Of a stretch of DNA of 28,969 bases, positions 5,852 to 17,514 are shown one piece after another. Within the stretch, counting starts at the first letter, position 1. Each line of letters begins with the position of its first letter. The notes under the pieces were generated by a model. It had not been told where the DNA came from. It saw nothing but the letters and a program-made list of their open reading frames with translations, and made no database searches. This stretch comes from a virus. Location of the stretch: IMG/VR virus record IMGVR_UViG_3300005287_000001; one strand, written 5' to 3'. The translations under genes and the position numbers were made by a program.

Positions 5852-8800
5852 TTAACTATAATGTAGAGATTTATAATAACTATACAGATATGGATATGTA
5901 TCAACATTAAGCTTATTGCCATCTATATCACACAAATAATATTTAGAACCCTCTTTATAGAAATAGTATTCATAAGTAACACCCTTCTTTCCAGAAGTAT
6001 ATTGCCACATTTGAACAGCATAAATTGTCTTAGATGATGATCCTATTGATTCACTATACTCCAATACAGCATAATGTCTATACCAACCACTCAACGATGT
6101 TAGAGAATTCAAATCAGATGATGTGATATTATTAGCTGTCTTAGACGATTTGGCTGTGTATGCTCGACCATTATAAGTTGATGGATTAGAGTTACCACTG
6201 ATTCGGTATGTCTTAACAGAACTAACCTACTTATAACCTTCGTTGAATTTATAGTAGGTAGATGTGCTACCTATCTTAGATCCATAAATATCAGCACTAC
6301 TAATCTGATTGCTGGATAGTGAAACATCAGATATTGGATAAAGTGTTGTTATTTCTGACCAGCTATTATCCTTAGCTTCAACATAATAGGTAATTCCGTT
6401 TGGCCCTAAATCATATAAGACTTCACCATTCTATATAAACTGTAGGATAGCATTACCAGAACTATCCACACCAATCTGTATATTAACAGAACCATCAGTA
6501 CCTGCAACTTGCATCAATCCATTCTATAGAGTGATTGTAGCAGAACCAGTAGTAGTTAGTTTGTTAGCCTCAACAATATTGGTATTCAATTTACCTTCGC
6601 TGTTTAATAAGGCTGTCTGTGTACCACTATTATTCTATACAACAACCGTATCTGCTGTAAGTGTTATCTTTCGATTCTCTATATCTATACCAGTTTCTAG
6701 AGTTAGTTTCCTATTCAATATAACCTCTGGCGGAACCATAAATCCAGTAAGTACTCCAAAGTCTGCAACATACCATCTTCCTACTACACCAGTAATACCG
6801 TATGCCCAATTTAGTGTACAAATGCTATCATAAGCAGAAGTAAACGTTACAAAATAAAGATACCAACCATAACCTAGAGAAATCTTATCTGATGAATTGG
6901 TAAGTCTGTTGTAAGAACCAGAATCATCTGAACTATAGCAACCAGCAGTTAAGGTTGTAGATCTACTATTATAAGGCTTAGCAATAACATAGTATGTTAT
7001 AATAGATCCATTATAATCATCATATATATATGGTGCAACAGTTGTGCCCTATGCATAGGCTGCTGTCTCACTAGTTGCTGTATAATATAGATTACGATAG
7101 TGCCAACCAGTTTCTGTATCCTTAGCCTTTGTATTAGTTACTCCAGAATCCTAATGACTGAACCAATCACCAGTAGCAAACGGCTGTACAATAAGATTGT
7201 TAGTTTCTAATGAATAATCACCTTGTGCGAATCCCCAGTCAGTTGCAATCTGACCTTCCTCCAACTGTAACCAGTGAATCATATAACCACTACTATTCGT
7301 AATTGATAAGGTCACATAACCAGTTGTTGAGGCTGTATATGTGCTACCATTACTAAGTGAAGTACCATTCAGTTTAGTTGTAATAGTTCCTGCAGCAGAG
7401 TAAGTATAAATATACGTTGTACCACTCTCTATATAGACTTGTCTGGTAATAGATTTAATACTACCACCAATCAGAGATTGTGGGATTATATTATTAAACT
7501 CAGTGAGCTTACCAATCTTAGCTGAAATCTTATCAGCTGTCTGTGTTATAGTAGATACACTATTTTCCAGAGTTGTCTGTTTATTAGTAAGTGTATTAAT
7601 TGATGTTGTATGACTGCTAACAGTAGAGGACAAACTATTTGCTGTAGCTTGTACACTAGCAATATTAGTTTTATTGGTTTCAATATTAGTTTTATTAGTT
7701 GCAATATTAGATGTATTAGTTGCAACATCATCCTCCAGATTATCAACATCACTATTTAAACTGCTAATGGAAGAAGTATGGCTAGCAAGTGTTGCCTAAA
7801 TACTAGTATCAGTCTATTGTAATTTAGATATGTTAGTTTCATTGCTAGTAACTCTTCCATCTAAGTTAGATATGGAAGTAGATTGACTGCTTACTGTTGA
7901 GGACAAACCATCAACTGTTGCTTCCAAAGATGTCTGTTTATTGGAGATGTTAGTAATTTCTTCTGTATTACTGCTAACATTACCTTCCAGATTGTCTATA
8001 TCATTTTCACAAGCAGATATTCTATTCTCTAATTCAGTAGTATCAATTCCACCTATGTCTATAGACAATTCACCATTAGCTGTCCATTTGATTTTACCAC
8101 CAGCTAATTGGCCAGAACCATCTTTATTAAATTCCCACATACTATTAAGGTTACGCATTGCACCAGTTAAGTATGCATTCTCAGCATATAATCCTTGTCC
8201 TTCCAGAGTTGTACCATTCCATACAATACCCTCCAAATTACCGATTCTCACATTAGTTGGAACTGTTCCACCAGTAGAATCTACATCAGCAAGTACACTC
8301 TCACTGTTAAGTTGTTTCATAAAGTCTATGTAAGCACCATCATAAGGATTCAATTTAATAATGGTCTATCTGTTCTCATCAGATTTATTACCAATCCTTA
8401 TTAAATACTTATTCACAGCACTATCTGGATCAACTGTAGTCCAAGTGGTTTCACCTCTATCATTAGTAGAAGATCCACCAGTAAAGCCAGTATTTGGAGT
8501 TACTCTAACTGTATTGTCACCATCTTTATTAACTGAGACCACCAATCCTTTAAATGACCATATCTAAGTCTCAGAAGCCTTATACTGTAATTGTACATAA
8601 TCATTAGCTACAAATGGAGGATATTCATTAATAGTAAATATCCACTCATCACCATCTTTTGTAACCTTCTCTATCTATCCAGTATCTGTTACTAACAAGA
8701 TACCATTAGTTGCTCTCATCTCATTATATGTAATCACATAAACATCTAGGTTGCCATTTACTTTAACATTACTGAACTCTGCAGTACCATCATTTTGTAT

Positions 8801-9571
8801 GCGCCAGCCATTACCACTACCACTAGTAAATGATGGACTACCTATATCTAGACCAGTGCTTATGTAATTACTACTTATTCCTAATGCTACATTATTTGCT
8901 TTATCAACAATATAGAATCCATTTTCAACTACAGACTTTATTTCAGTTGGATATTCGGATTCTGTACCAACATATATCTTAGTACCAGAGGTTTTATTAA
9001 CCATATCCAAATCATTCCATATAGATGTTGTATCATCATTTACTGCAAACACATCAGTTTTGTTTGGTACAATATGGAACGTTTGGTCTGTGCTGCCAGA
9101 TATATTTAAGCAGTGATTTTCATCCTCATTGATACCCCAACAGTCAAATTGGAAACCATTTTCCAAAGTAAGCTCATCCACCTTTAATTGAGAAACATCA
9201 ATCGTTTCAGATGTAAGAGCTGTGATATTTGCAGAATCAATATCTAATGGTTCTGTAAGTGTAAGATTACTAATAGTAGCACTTACTATATTTGCATTCT
9301 CTGCTGTAAGTATTCCAGTAAAGTTTGCATCAATACCAGTAAGTGTACCAGTAATATTAGTCTCACCTAAATTAGCTATTGCTGCTGTAAGTTTATCTGT
9401 ATCTATTGAGTAAGCCGTTAATGTATTAGTTGTAATCTTCTCACTACTAAATTTAGTTGAATAACTGCTACTGCTAGATGTATTGGCATTAAATTTAGAT
9501 GTGGAAGAAGTGCCAGAATTACTACTACTGCTACTTCTGGCACTCACCCTTATATTAATTAAATCACTCAT
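5852..9571 (-). CDS. Giant tail fibre / receptor-binding protein, 1239 aa, with 11 in-frame TAG codons
   Basis: One frame joins track fragments 8675..9571, 7814..8353, 7151..7633 and 5852..6112. TAG codons start at 8675, 8564, 8366, 7814, 7796, 7151, 7049, 6635, 6524, 6431 and 6227. No TAA or TGA occurs inside. The central region has Ser/Thr/Asn-rich heptad coiled coil. The ATG overlaps the upstream TGA (ATGA), and the stop is TAA at 5852-5854. Confidence 0.8.
7659..7722. repeat. Three tandem 21-bp repeats inside the tail-fibre gene
   Basis: caatattagttttattggttt / caatattagttttattagttg / caatattagatgtattagttg. They encode 7-aa repeats (TNKTNI-type), in frame. Confidence 0.7.
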
Positions 9572-12252
9572 ACTTCTTTTAAAGTTATGGTTGAAGATGC
9601 CATTCTCATATCTGTATTAATAGACAAAGGATAAAATGTTTTACCTAAATATCCGATAGTATAGGTATTGAATGGACTAACATTAATAGTATTATTATCT
9701 AGTGTTGTTTCAACTATTATCTTAGGAGTATTGAACTCTTTATAATAGTGATCAACGTATAGTTTCTCAGCATAGGCTGTTATGCCTTCATTATTATCGG
9801 TAAGGTTCTTAAAGGCTGAATTGTCACTAACATTAATTGCCGTTGATATATTAATCGTCGGGGCTGCAACACCTAATTCATAAGCCTCAGATGCACTTAA
9901 AAGAGTATTGATATTAAATTCAACATCATCTTTCTTCTTTATATATTTGTCCGTTTCATCTGAACAGTAAACAATATCAGCATCCCCATCATTTTCTATA
10001 TTACCATTATCGCTAACAATCTTACATTCAAAGTCCTTTATAACAATAGCACTGATGTTGTCTAGTACATTCTTACTGTTGGCATAAAACTTAGTGCTCC
10101 TAAACATAGTTGGATGTCTCCTCCACACAGTAACGAACTCACTATTTACTGGAGCAATTATACGGAATTCTAATTGTCCATATAAATCAGAAGGAATAGC
10201 AATTGCAGTACCTTCATTATCTCCTAAATTCATACTGTCTGTAATGTTGTTAGAGATGTCAAATTTGTTACCAACTATGTAGTCACCAATATTTGGATCA
10301 TATCCTAAAGAGAATGATGGTATTGCTTCCTCAACAACTGATGCATCTGCTGTACCACTAGTTTTAGCTGTTTCCCATTCTTCCTTAGTCATCCATTTAT
10401 AAGTACTGTCATATCCCCAAACCTTATTACCATCACTGTCTAATGTATAGTTACAAAGTTCTACACAGTACTTATCACCAACCTTTAATTGGCATTGTAA
10501 AATACCTATCTTACCAATATTATCTGATACTGAACCATCGCTGTTATAAGCATATTTCCAAGTATCATTTTTCCAATCTTCATCTGGATCAGAGAAATAA
10601 AACCTATCTAAATAATATGGATAATTAGTTGGATGTCCAGAAGTAAGTTTATTAGTACCAGTACTGTCATAGAAGTAAACTCCATAACGACCATTACCAG
10701 AACCTTCTCTGTTATTGTCTACAACTGACCACCAACCATCAGTATACCAACTATGATTTAAAAGTGGTTGCAACATCATCTCACCACTAAAGACAAAATA
10801 GTTAGTTGCATCATCACCACCAATCTGTCCCCAAGCTGCTGCTGTGGTAGATTTGTAAACTATAATACCAGTATCCTCTTCAACTGCTTTATTATAAATA
10901 GTCTGGAGGTAATTACCAATTTCAGCAAACTTAGTTTCACTATCATCACCACTACCATTAACTGTAATAGTTATATAATTCTCCATACTATCTGGAGCTT
11001 TATAAGTAGTAGATGAAGCAGTACCAGCCTTGTGTTCTGTATGTCCCCACTTAGCTAAGAAAGGACAATACTTATAATTCTGTACCTAATCATAAAAGGC
11101 AAGGCTGTCAGTACTAAGTGTTCCGTTATAAACTGATTTGAAGTTTGAACCATCAAAGTAATTGAAGTCCCAACTAGCATTATAGGCTAATTTTGTAAAG
11201 AAGTCTGTTGCTTCTTGTGCATCATAGCCATCATCATAGTCATTCATCATCCAGTTATGGAAACCACTATTAGATGATTTACCTTCACCAAATGCCCATA
11301 TTTCAGTCATATATCTCTTCCTGCGAGGCCATAAAGATGTAACTGAATCATCATCCATTGGAGATGAAATAACATCTTCTATAGACTCTAATTTATCTGT
11401 AACTGCTATCTGATTATAAACATCAGCAACAGAAATATCTGTATCATCTGACATATAATCATTAACAGTAACGGTTAAGGCTTCTGAAGTAAGTGTAGAA
11501 GCAGTATCTCCTCTAAGAGTAATCCAACTAATGTTGTTATTCTTTACACTGTTCCAATCAAATATATAGAAGTCCTTACCTTCTTGTATAATATGTAAAT
11601 TAAGGAATTTAAGGATCTCTTCCAGTAATTCCTCATTTGTATACATATCATCAAAATCCTCTCCTAAAAAGAGGTTTTCAGAAACACCAACAGTTGTAAA
11701 GACATTCTCACCATTATTAGTTTTAGAACCATCATAATAAATACAACCGTCAGTATCACCAAATATAATATCTAAATAATCATAGAATGACCTAACTTCA
11801 CTATCAATTTTTCTGGCATTATAAGCACTTTCATTTGATGCTAGATAGTTGTATTCCAGAGTTGCCAGAAAATCGGTACAGTTAATCTTTATTGAATTGT
11901 ATGTTTCACTATATGGCTGTGTATAGACATTAGGTTCTATATGGCCATAAAAGACTACTGTATCTCCTTTAGAGACCGTTACTGTAGTATCTGATGGCTT
12001 ACCAGCAAACAAATAGTCACCTAACCATTTAGTACTATAAAATTCAATCTCTGCGGATTTCTTTATTATGTGTGTGAAGTTATCCTCACATTCTGTTTCT
12101 ATCTGTAACGGATCATCGCTGAAGTAGCACATAACATTACCATCGGAATCAGTTGTTTCCTCAAAGGTAATGTTAGTGCCTACAGCTGTGGATTCAATAA
12201 CTACAGTTACTAAATCATCGTTAATGTCTTTAAAACTACCAGTTATTTTCAT
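9568..12252 (-). CDS. Distal-tail / baseplate-hub protein, 894 aa if the single TAG at 11086 is read as sense; equals track ORFs 11086..12252 plus 9568..10986
   Basis: Both ORFs are in the same frame. They are separated only by TAG (11086-11088) and 33 open codons. The position directly after the tape measure matches the Dit/Tal slot. The ATG overlaps the TMP stop, and TGA is at 9568-9570. The function is assigned by synteny only. Confidence 0.55.
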
Positions 12253-15176
12253 TATTTTATTCCAGTATTTTTACCTACTGTTCCTTTTACTTTACTATAA
12301 TTTCGTAGTGCCATATATAAGTCAGAACCTTTAATCCTAACTTCACCACCTACAACTCCTCCAGTACCACCACCGTTGTCCAGTATGTTCCAGAGGTTAG
12401 CTTGCTGGCCTTTAGTAAGTACAGCTTCACCACCGTTTACTCTAATTAGATTTTGGTCACCTACAAATCCATTGCCATTAACAATACCACCATTAGCAAA
12501 TGCACCAGATATAGAAGCAATAGCTGCTATAACTGCAGCAACACCCATTGCTATAGCTACTATGTTCATTGGGAAAGGCATACTAGAACCACTAGCAGTA
12601 GCACCAGAAATACCCTTAGCTGTATTAGCTGCAACTATTGTACCAGCATTAGCAACCTCTTGTTGTGCATTTTGATTCTTAACCTATTGGTTAGCTGTTT
12701 CAGAAGCTGTCAGCATATCAGTAGCCATCTTTACTGTATTCATTATAGTCTATACAGATTGTAAAGTAGTAGTAACCACACCTACAACACTAGTAAAGAT
12801 CTCCCAAGCACTAGCACCTTCTTCTATTGCAGATACCATATTGGAAACTGAACTACCAATATTATCAATGGCACTAATAGAATCATTAAGATTATCTAAA
12901 CTTAGCCCTTCTGTATCAATCTCCAGTTTTAATGGTTCTAGACCTTCCTTCTGGAGTATTTCATTAATTTTAGCTAGTTCAGCCTCTGCCTATTTCTTAT
13001 TAATGCTACCAATCTATACATCAGTTTGTAAATTAGATACTGCTGTCTATGCATTACTATAAATTTCTCTCTTATTTTCCCTAGTTTGTTGTGGAGTCTT
13101 TACAGTAACAGTTGGAGAAAGTTGATTAAACATCTTCTACATCTCCTCCTTAGTTGGCATTTTAATCTTAGGTGTTACAACTGGCACTAGAGATTCAGCC
13201 TTAATAGACTTTTCTAAATCTTCTTTAGCCTTCTTTAATTCATTAATCTTACTTTGTAAGGTAACAGAAACTGACTTATCTGCAGATGCATTAAGTTGCT
13301 TAGATAATTTAGATATTTCTTGTGAATACCAATCTAGTGAACCTTGTGCTGCAACATCAGATTTCTTAGTAATGCCTTTGGATTTTCTACTAGAAGGTTT
13401 ATTATTGTTGTCAGAAACTACATCAAGTTTATTTGTTAAACTTTTGGCAGCCTTCTTTATTGCATCAATTCTCTTTTGTATATTAGCAGCAACTGCTTTA
13501 TCTGTAGTTTTATTAAGTTGTTTATAAAGCTTGTTTAGTTCATTACTATACTACTGAAGCTTTTTTGTTGATGGATCCTTAGTCTTATCAGTGGTATTGT
13601 TGTTTTGCGTCAGGCGTTTATTGTTGTCTGCTTGCCTTTTAAGATTGTCTGCCATTTCCTGTGCGGCCTTTTTCGCCAATTGGTCTTCCGTTCCTAATAA
13701 CTTTCGAACAGGGGCAAATGCTGCATTGGCTGCTCTGTTAATACTATCAAGCCAATCAACAACTGTCTTTAACCCATTTACAAGCTTTGTAACAGCTTTA
13801 ATAGCTCCAACCTTTATATCTGATACAAACTCATCCCAACCTTTACCAGACACATCAAAAAGGCTTATGATTGCTCTCTTTAAATCTTCGGTAGCATCCA
13901 TCTGTTCTTTGGCAAGTCTTACTCCTTCGGGTGCGTTATCGTAAAGTTCCTGCATATTACCCTTAATATCCTTAATGGTAGTTAAGAACTGATAACCTGC
14001 GTCTTCACCCGGACCTCCGAAAATGTCTGATATAGCCTGTCCAACCTCTTGTGCCTGTGGTGACATTTCTGACATTTTTTGACTAACTTGTTTCATTACA
14101 TCAAAAGTGGTAATAGAACCATCAGCTAAGCCCTTCATAACCTTCTTTGAATCAATGCCGATTGCGTCAAGTGCCTTTTGTACTGCAGGTGACATTTCTC
14201 TAATTCGGATATTTGCTTCCTTAATGGAATCTACTGCCTTATCACTAACAATACCTTGCTGCTGACTTCGGATTATTGTTGTAGATAGTTCGTCAATACT
14301 CATCCCTGCTTCTTTTGCGTAGGTAGAGTACTCCTCCATTTGAGATTTGTACTCATCCTTATCAACGGCAAGGTTTAAACCATCCTATATTGAATCTGCT
14401 GCTTCTTGAAAACTTACACCCATCTGTCTCGCAACAGTGTTAGCCGTCTTAACAACGTCATCCATACTCATACCAAACTGCTCTGCTGTTGTTTCGCAAG
14501 TTGCTCTAAAATCTATAAGGGCTTGACCTCCAAGTCCTGTGAACTGTTGAATGGCCTGATTTGCTTTTGAACTCTCAGCATTGAAGTCTACAAAAGCCTT
14601 TGCACCTGCTATAACACCTGCTGCAACTGCAGTAATACCAGCACCTTTAATCATCGTACCACTAAGTTCTGGCATTTTAAAGTCCTTCACACTAGCCATA
14701 GATGATTGTAGGTTCTTACTAAATGAGGTTATATCTCCACTCTTTAAAGAGCTGATCATATTAGATATGGAATTACTAAGATCGTCTACAGATGATTTTG
14801 CACTATCCATAGCTTCCTTAGTTTCACTAGCAATCTTACTCTATATATTAGTATATCTTTGTAATTCACCAACTAAAGTTTTATAAGCACTACTAGTTTC
14901 CTTACCTTTATCAGCTAAGTTGGCAAGTTCTTCTTTGATATTCTTTATTTTACCTTGTAAAGTCTTGCCAGAACCTCCTAATGCCTATAAATACTTTCGT
15001 ATTTCTTTCTCATTATCACCGACTGCATCGGTTACATCATCCAGATTGCCCTTTAATTTTTTAAGACCAGCTCTTTCAGATGCATTATTAAGGTCTTTTA
15101 TGTTATTGATGGCATCTTTTATACCACCAGAAAATTTACTGGTATCTAGTACCAGTTCTTCCTTTAATTGTCCCAT
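12252..15176 (-). CDS. Tail tape measure protein, 974 aa, with 10 in-frame TAG codons
   Basis: One frame joins 14985..15176, 14385..14810, 13551..14339 and 12252..12581. I checked every intervening codon. TAG codons start at 14985, 14841, 14385, 13551, 13137, 13047, 13014, 12990, 12750 and 12684. There is no internal TAA or TGA. The product is alpha-helical and Ala/Lys/Gln-rich with a Gly-rich C-terminus. TAA at 12252-12254. Confidence 0.85.
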
Positions 15177-15810
15177 TATATTATACCCTTAGATTTAAGT
15201 AATTCTTCTCTTTTCTTAGCTTTTGCAAGCATCTATTCTCTCTTCTCTTTGGTCATTGTTACTTTAGGGAGGTGCGGAACTTCTTTGTCCCAACTAAATT
15301 GTATAATATCTTTGGGCTTTAGTTTCTTTTTAGAATTGGCTTGTGCAAGTATGTAGCAGATAGACCTAGTTTGTTCCCAGTCCTCTCTGACTGAATATCC
15401 CATCTTTTTTATAATAGGTTCTAGTTCATATCGCTACATCTTGTCCATAAAATACTCTACCGAAACACATTTATATTGTAGGCAAAGTAAACACATTAAG
15501 TCCGTAAACGTAATTACTTCGCCATCCCTTTTTTTTCTGCTTGTTCTCCCTGCTGTAAGCTCTTGCTACTATCAACTACCCATTGATTAAACTTAGCAAA
15601 CTGATCTGGATTACTGTCCAACCAGTCTAAGAAATCATCAAACTTCAGTTCAATGTCTGGATAATTAGCTAAAATCACCGCAAACATATAAGTAATCATA
15701 TCTGATACTGTCTGTGGATTAAACATCTTACTTGTTATAGTTTCATATATAATATATGATCTGAACTTATTTTTAAGTTCTAATTCGTTACCGTTAATTG
15801 TTATTTTCAT
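15176..15810 (-). CDS. Tail assembly chaperone GT-type fusion made by -1 frameshift; the T part has 2 in-frame TAG codons
   Basis: After the A8 run the -1 frame stays open for about 118 codons (KKRDGEVITFTDL...KREELLKSKGII). It runs to TAA 15176-15178, which overlaps the tape-measure ATG. TAG codons are at 15434 and 15233. Confidence 0.6.
15514..15810 (-). CDS. Tail assembly chaperone (gpG-like), 98 aa
   Basis: It lies between the major tail and tape measure genes. It is acidic, with a slippery run near its 3' end. TAA stop and no TAG. Confidence 0.7.
   Translation of the reverse strand: MKITINGNELELKNKFRSYIIYETITSKMFNPQTVSDMITYMFAVILANYPDIELKFDDFLDWLDSNPDQFAKFNQWVVDSSKSLQQGEQAEKKGMAK
15529..15536 (-). 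promoter_or_regulatory. Slippery A-run (A AAA AAA G) for -1 programmed ribosomal frameshifting
   Basis: The zero frame reads GCA GAA AAA AAA GGG, 5 codons before the chaperone stop. The -1 frame is open downstream. Confidence 0.6.
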
Positions 15811-15825
15811 ACTGCTTATAAATTA

Positions 15826-15857
15826 AAAAAAAGGAGGAATCTACAAAGACCCCTCCA
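15826..15857 (-). terminator. Rho-independent terminator after the major tail protein gene
   Basis: Minus strand reads GGAGGGGTCT-TTGT-AGATTCCTCC, a 10-bp stem with two G-U pairs, followed by T8. Confidence 0.75.
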
Positions 15858-15874
15858 TAACTATTAATTATCTA

Positions 15875-16339
15875 TCAACCGTTTGTACTAGCAGTGGTTT
15901 TAACTAATGCACCTACACCGTTGAAGGATACACTGTAAGTAGCCAGTTCACCGTTACCTGCTGTCATAGATATACTAGAGATAACTGCTTTACCAGAATA
16001 CATATCATTGCTGGAAGTCCAACCACCTTCTGGTACGATGTGTCCATCATCATCTGGATCTGTCGTTTTATCTTTATTAGCTACAGTAGCAAATACGAAG
16101 TCCAAAGACTTACCAGCTAACATAGCATCTACTAATTCAGTGTAATCTGCTACAACCATAAGGTTATCACTAGTAGCTGACCAGCTCATTTTACCTCTCT
16201 TGGTAGCTCCCCACTGTCCCGTATCTTTACAACTGATGTCAATATCATCAGAGTTGATTTCTACACTACAAGAAGTAGCGCAACCTAAAGTTTTACCACC
16301 CAAGAATACTTGGATGTCTTCACCCATTAAATTAGCCAT
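15875..16339 (-). CDS. Major tail protein (TP901-1/phi13-like)
   Basis: 154 aa, in the expected position. The pattern GGKTLGCATSCSVEINSDDIDISCKD...WSATSDNLM is typical of this family. TGA stop and no TAG. Confidence 0.75.
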   Translation of the reverse strand: MANLMGEDIQVFLGGKTLGCATSCSVEINSDDIDISCKDTGQWGATKRGKMSWSATSDNLMVVADYTELVDAMLAGKSLDFVFATVANKDKTTDPDDDGHIVPEGGWTSSNDMYSGKAVISSISMTAGNGELATYSVSFNGVGALVKTTASTNG

Positions 16340-16345
16340 AATAAA

Positions 16346-16729
16346 TCAAAAAATTATATTTGTTTCAAATGTTAGAGTTTGAATATATGCATCTTCTATA
16401 AAATTTTCCACCACTCCAGTAAGATAAATCCTACCAAAGTAATCATCTCTATGTAATTCTAATATCTTCCTTATTCGTTCAGCTATTGTAGCCGTTTCAC
16501 TATAGTTCTTAGAAGCTATAGCTATAGAGAAAGTAATACTATCCTTTACTACATTAGTTTTAGTATATTCTGTACTAAGAGAATTTCTAGTAAATATGAT
16601 AAAAGGATAGCTTACTGACTCTTCTGCCACAATAGGGAAAATATTATTACCTACTAATTCGGATAGTTCACTATCTTCTTTTAGTAAGGCATATAAGTAT
16701 TTATTAAAACTAAGACCAGTAACTTTCAT
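16346..16729 (-). CDS. Tail completion / tail terminator-like protein
   Basis: 127 aa. It lies between the neck genes and the major tail gene. TGA stop and no TAG. Confidence 0.55.
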   Translation of the reverse strand: MKVTGLSFNKYLYALLKEDSELSELVGNNIFPIVAEESVSYPFIIFTRNSLSTEYTKTNVVKDSITFSIAIASKNYSETATIAERIRKILELHRDDYFGRIYLTGVVENFIEDAYIQTLTFETNIIF

Positions 16730-17175
16730 TGATTATATTTTTTATATATTTTCTCTATAGCATTTTCCAAATTAGATTGTAATGACTGCTCCACTAGTTG
16801 TGAGGTATCAGCAACTGCTTTACTAAAGAAGTGTGTTGCCTCCATCTTACCTCTATACTGACCAGATTTATTATAACGACCGACTGTTCCGTTTTCAAAG
16901 AACTTTAATTTAAAATTGCCTTTATTGGAATTACTGATAATCTCAGTTCTTCCAGATAAACCACTTTTACTTACTTTTACTATTACACCACCCTATAGTG
17001 TTAGACCCCATTTATCTGGCTTATTATATGCGGTAGTTACTCCCATAAGGTTCTGAACAGCCTTTCGTTTAATAATATTTAGAGATTGTGTCATTCCAGA
17101 TCTGATAGCTGGTTTTAGTTTTTCAACTTCAATAGCCTTTAGAAATTGCTCTAATTTTCTACTGTCTAATTTCAT
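16726..17175 (-). CDS. HK97 gp10-like neck protein, 149 aa, with 1 in-frame TAG
   Basis: The 16993..17175 fragment continues through the TAG at 16993 to TGA 16726-16728, which overlaps the next ATG (ATGA). Assigned by synteny and size. Confidence 0.55.
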
Positions 17176-17489
17176 TCAGTAATCAGTTCTGTAGTTATTA
17201 CTTTCTTGTTCTAGTCCTTTACTGGCTCAATTGCCAGTATTCTGTATTTCTTAGAATCCCATTCTATATAATCTGTTTCAATAACATCTACATAATAGTA
17301 TACCTCAAATGTCTTATTGTATATATAAACTAGAGCATTATTCTCTGTCAATCTGTTTCCAGAATTGTGAATAATTCTTGCTCTAGTTGTGACATTCAAA
17401 GCGTACTCTTGTACCTACTCACCATAGTCATTCTAAACTGTAGTTGTTCGGTATATATTTATAATATCAGTCAATAATCCTGCTCTCAT
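17172..17489 (-). CDS. Head closure / head-tail joining protein, 105 aa, with 3 in-frame TAG codons
   Basis: Product is MRAGLLTDIINIYRTTTV(Q)NDYGE(Q)VQEYALNVTTRARIIHNSGNRLTENNALVYIYNKTFEVYYYVDVIETDYIEWDSKKYRILAIEPVKD(Q)NKKVITTELITE. This is the typical Phage_H_T_join pattern. The TGA at 17172-17174 overlaps the next ATG. Confidence 0.7.
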
Positions 17490-17514
17490 ATCATACACTT
17501 TGACGTTAAACGTT

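Noticed and set aside
7659-7722. Tandem 21-bp repeats as a possible CRISPR-like or VNTR element
   Set aside because: There are only three copies with no spacers. They are in frame and encode heptad repeats of the fibre coiled coil.
13591-13944. Plus-strand ORFs antisense to long minus-strand genes (also 6531..6833, 7941..8333, 12376..12764, 14581..14886 and 21748..22032)
   Set aside because: These are shadow ORFs opposite well-supported structural genes. Their products are low-complexity or hydrophobic, and no start context supports them.
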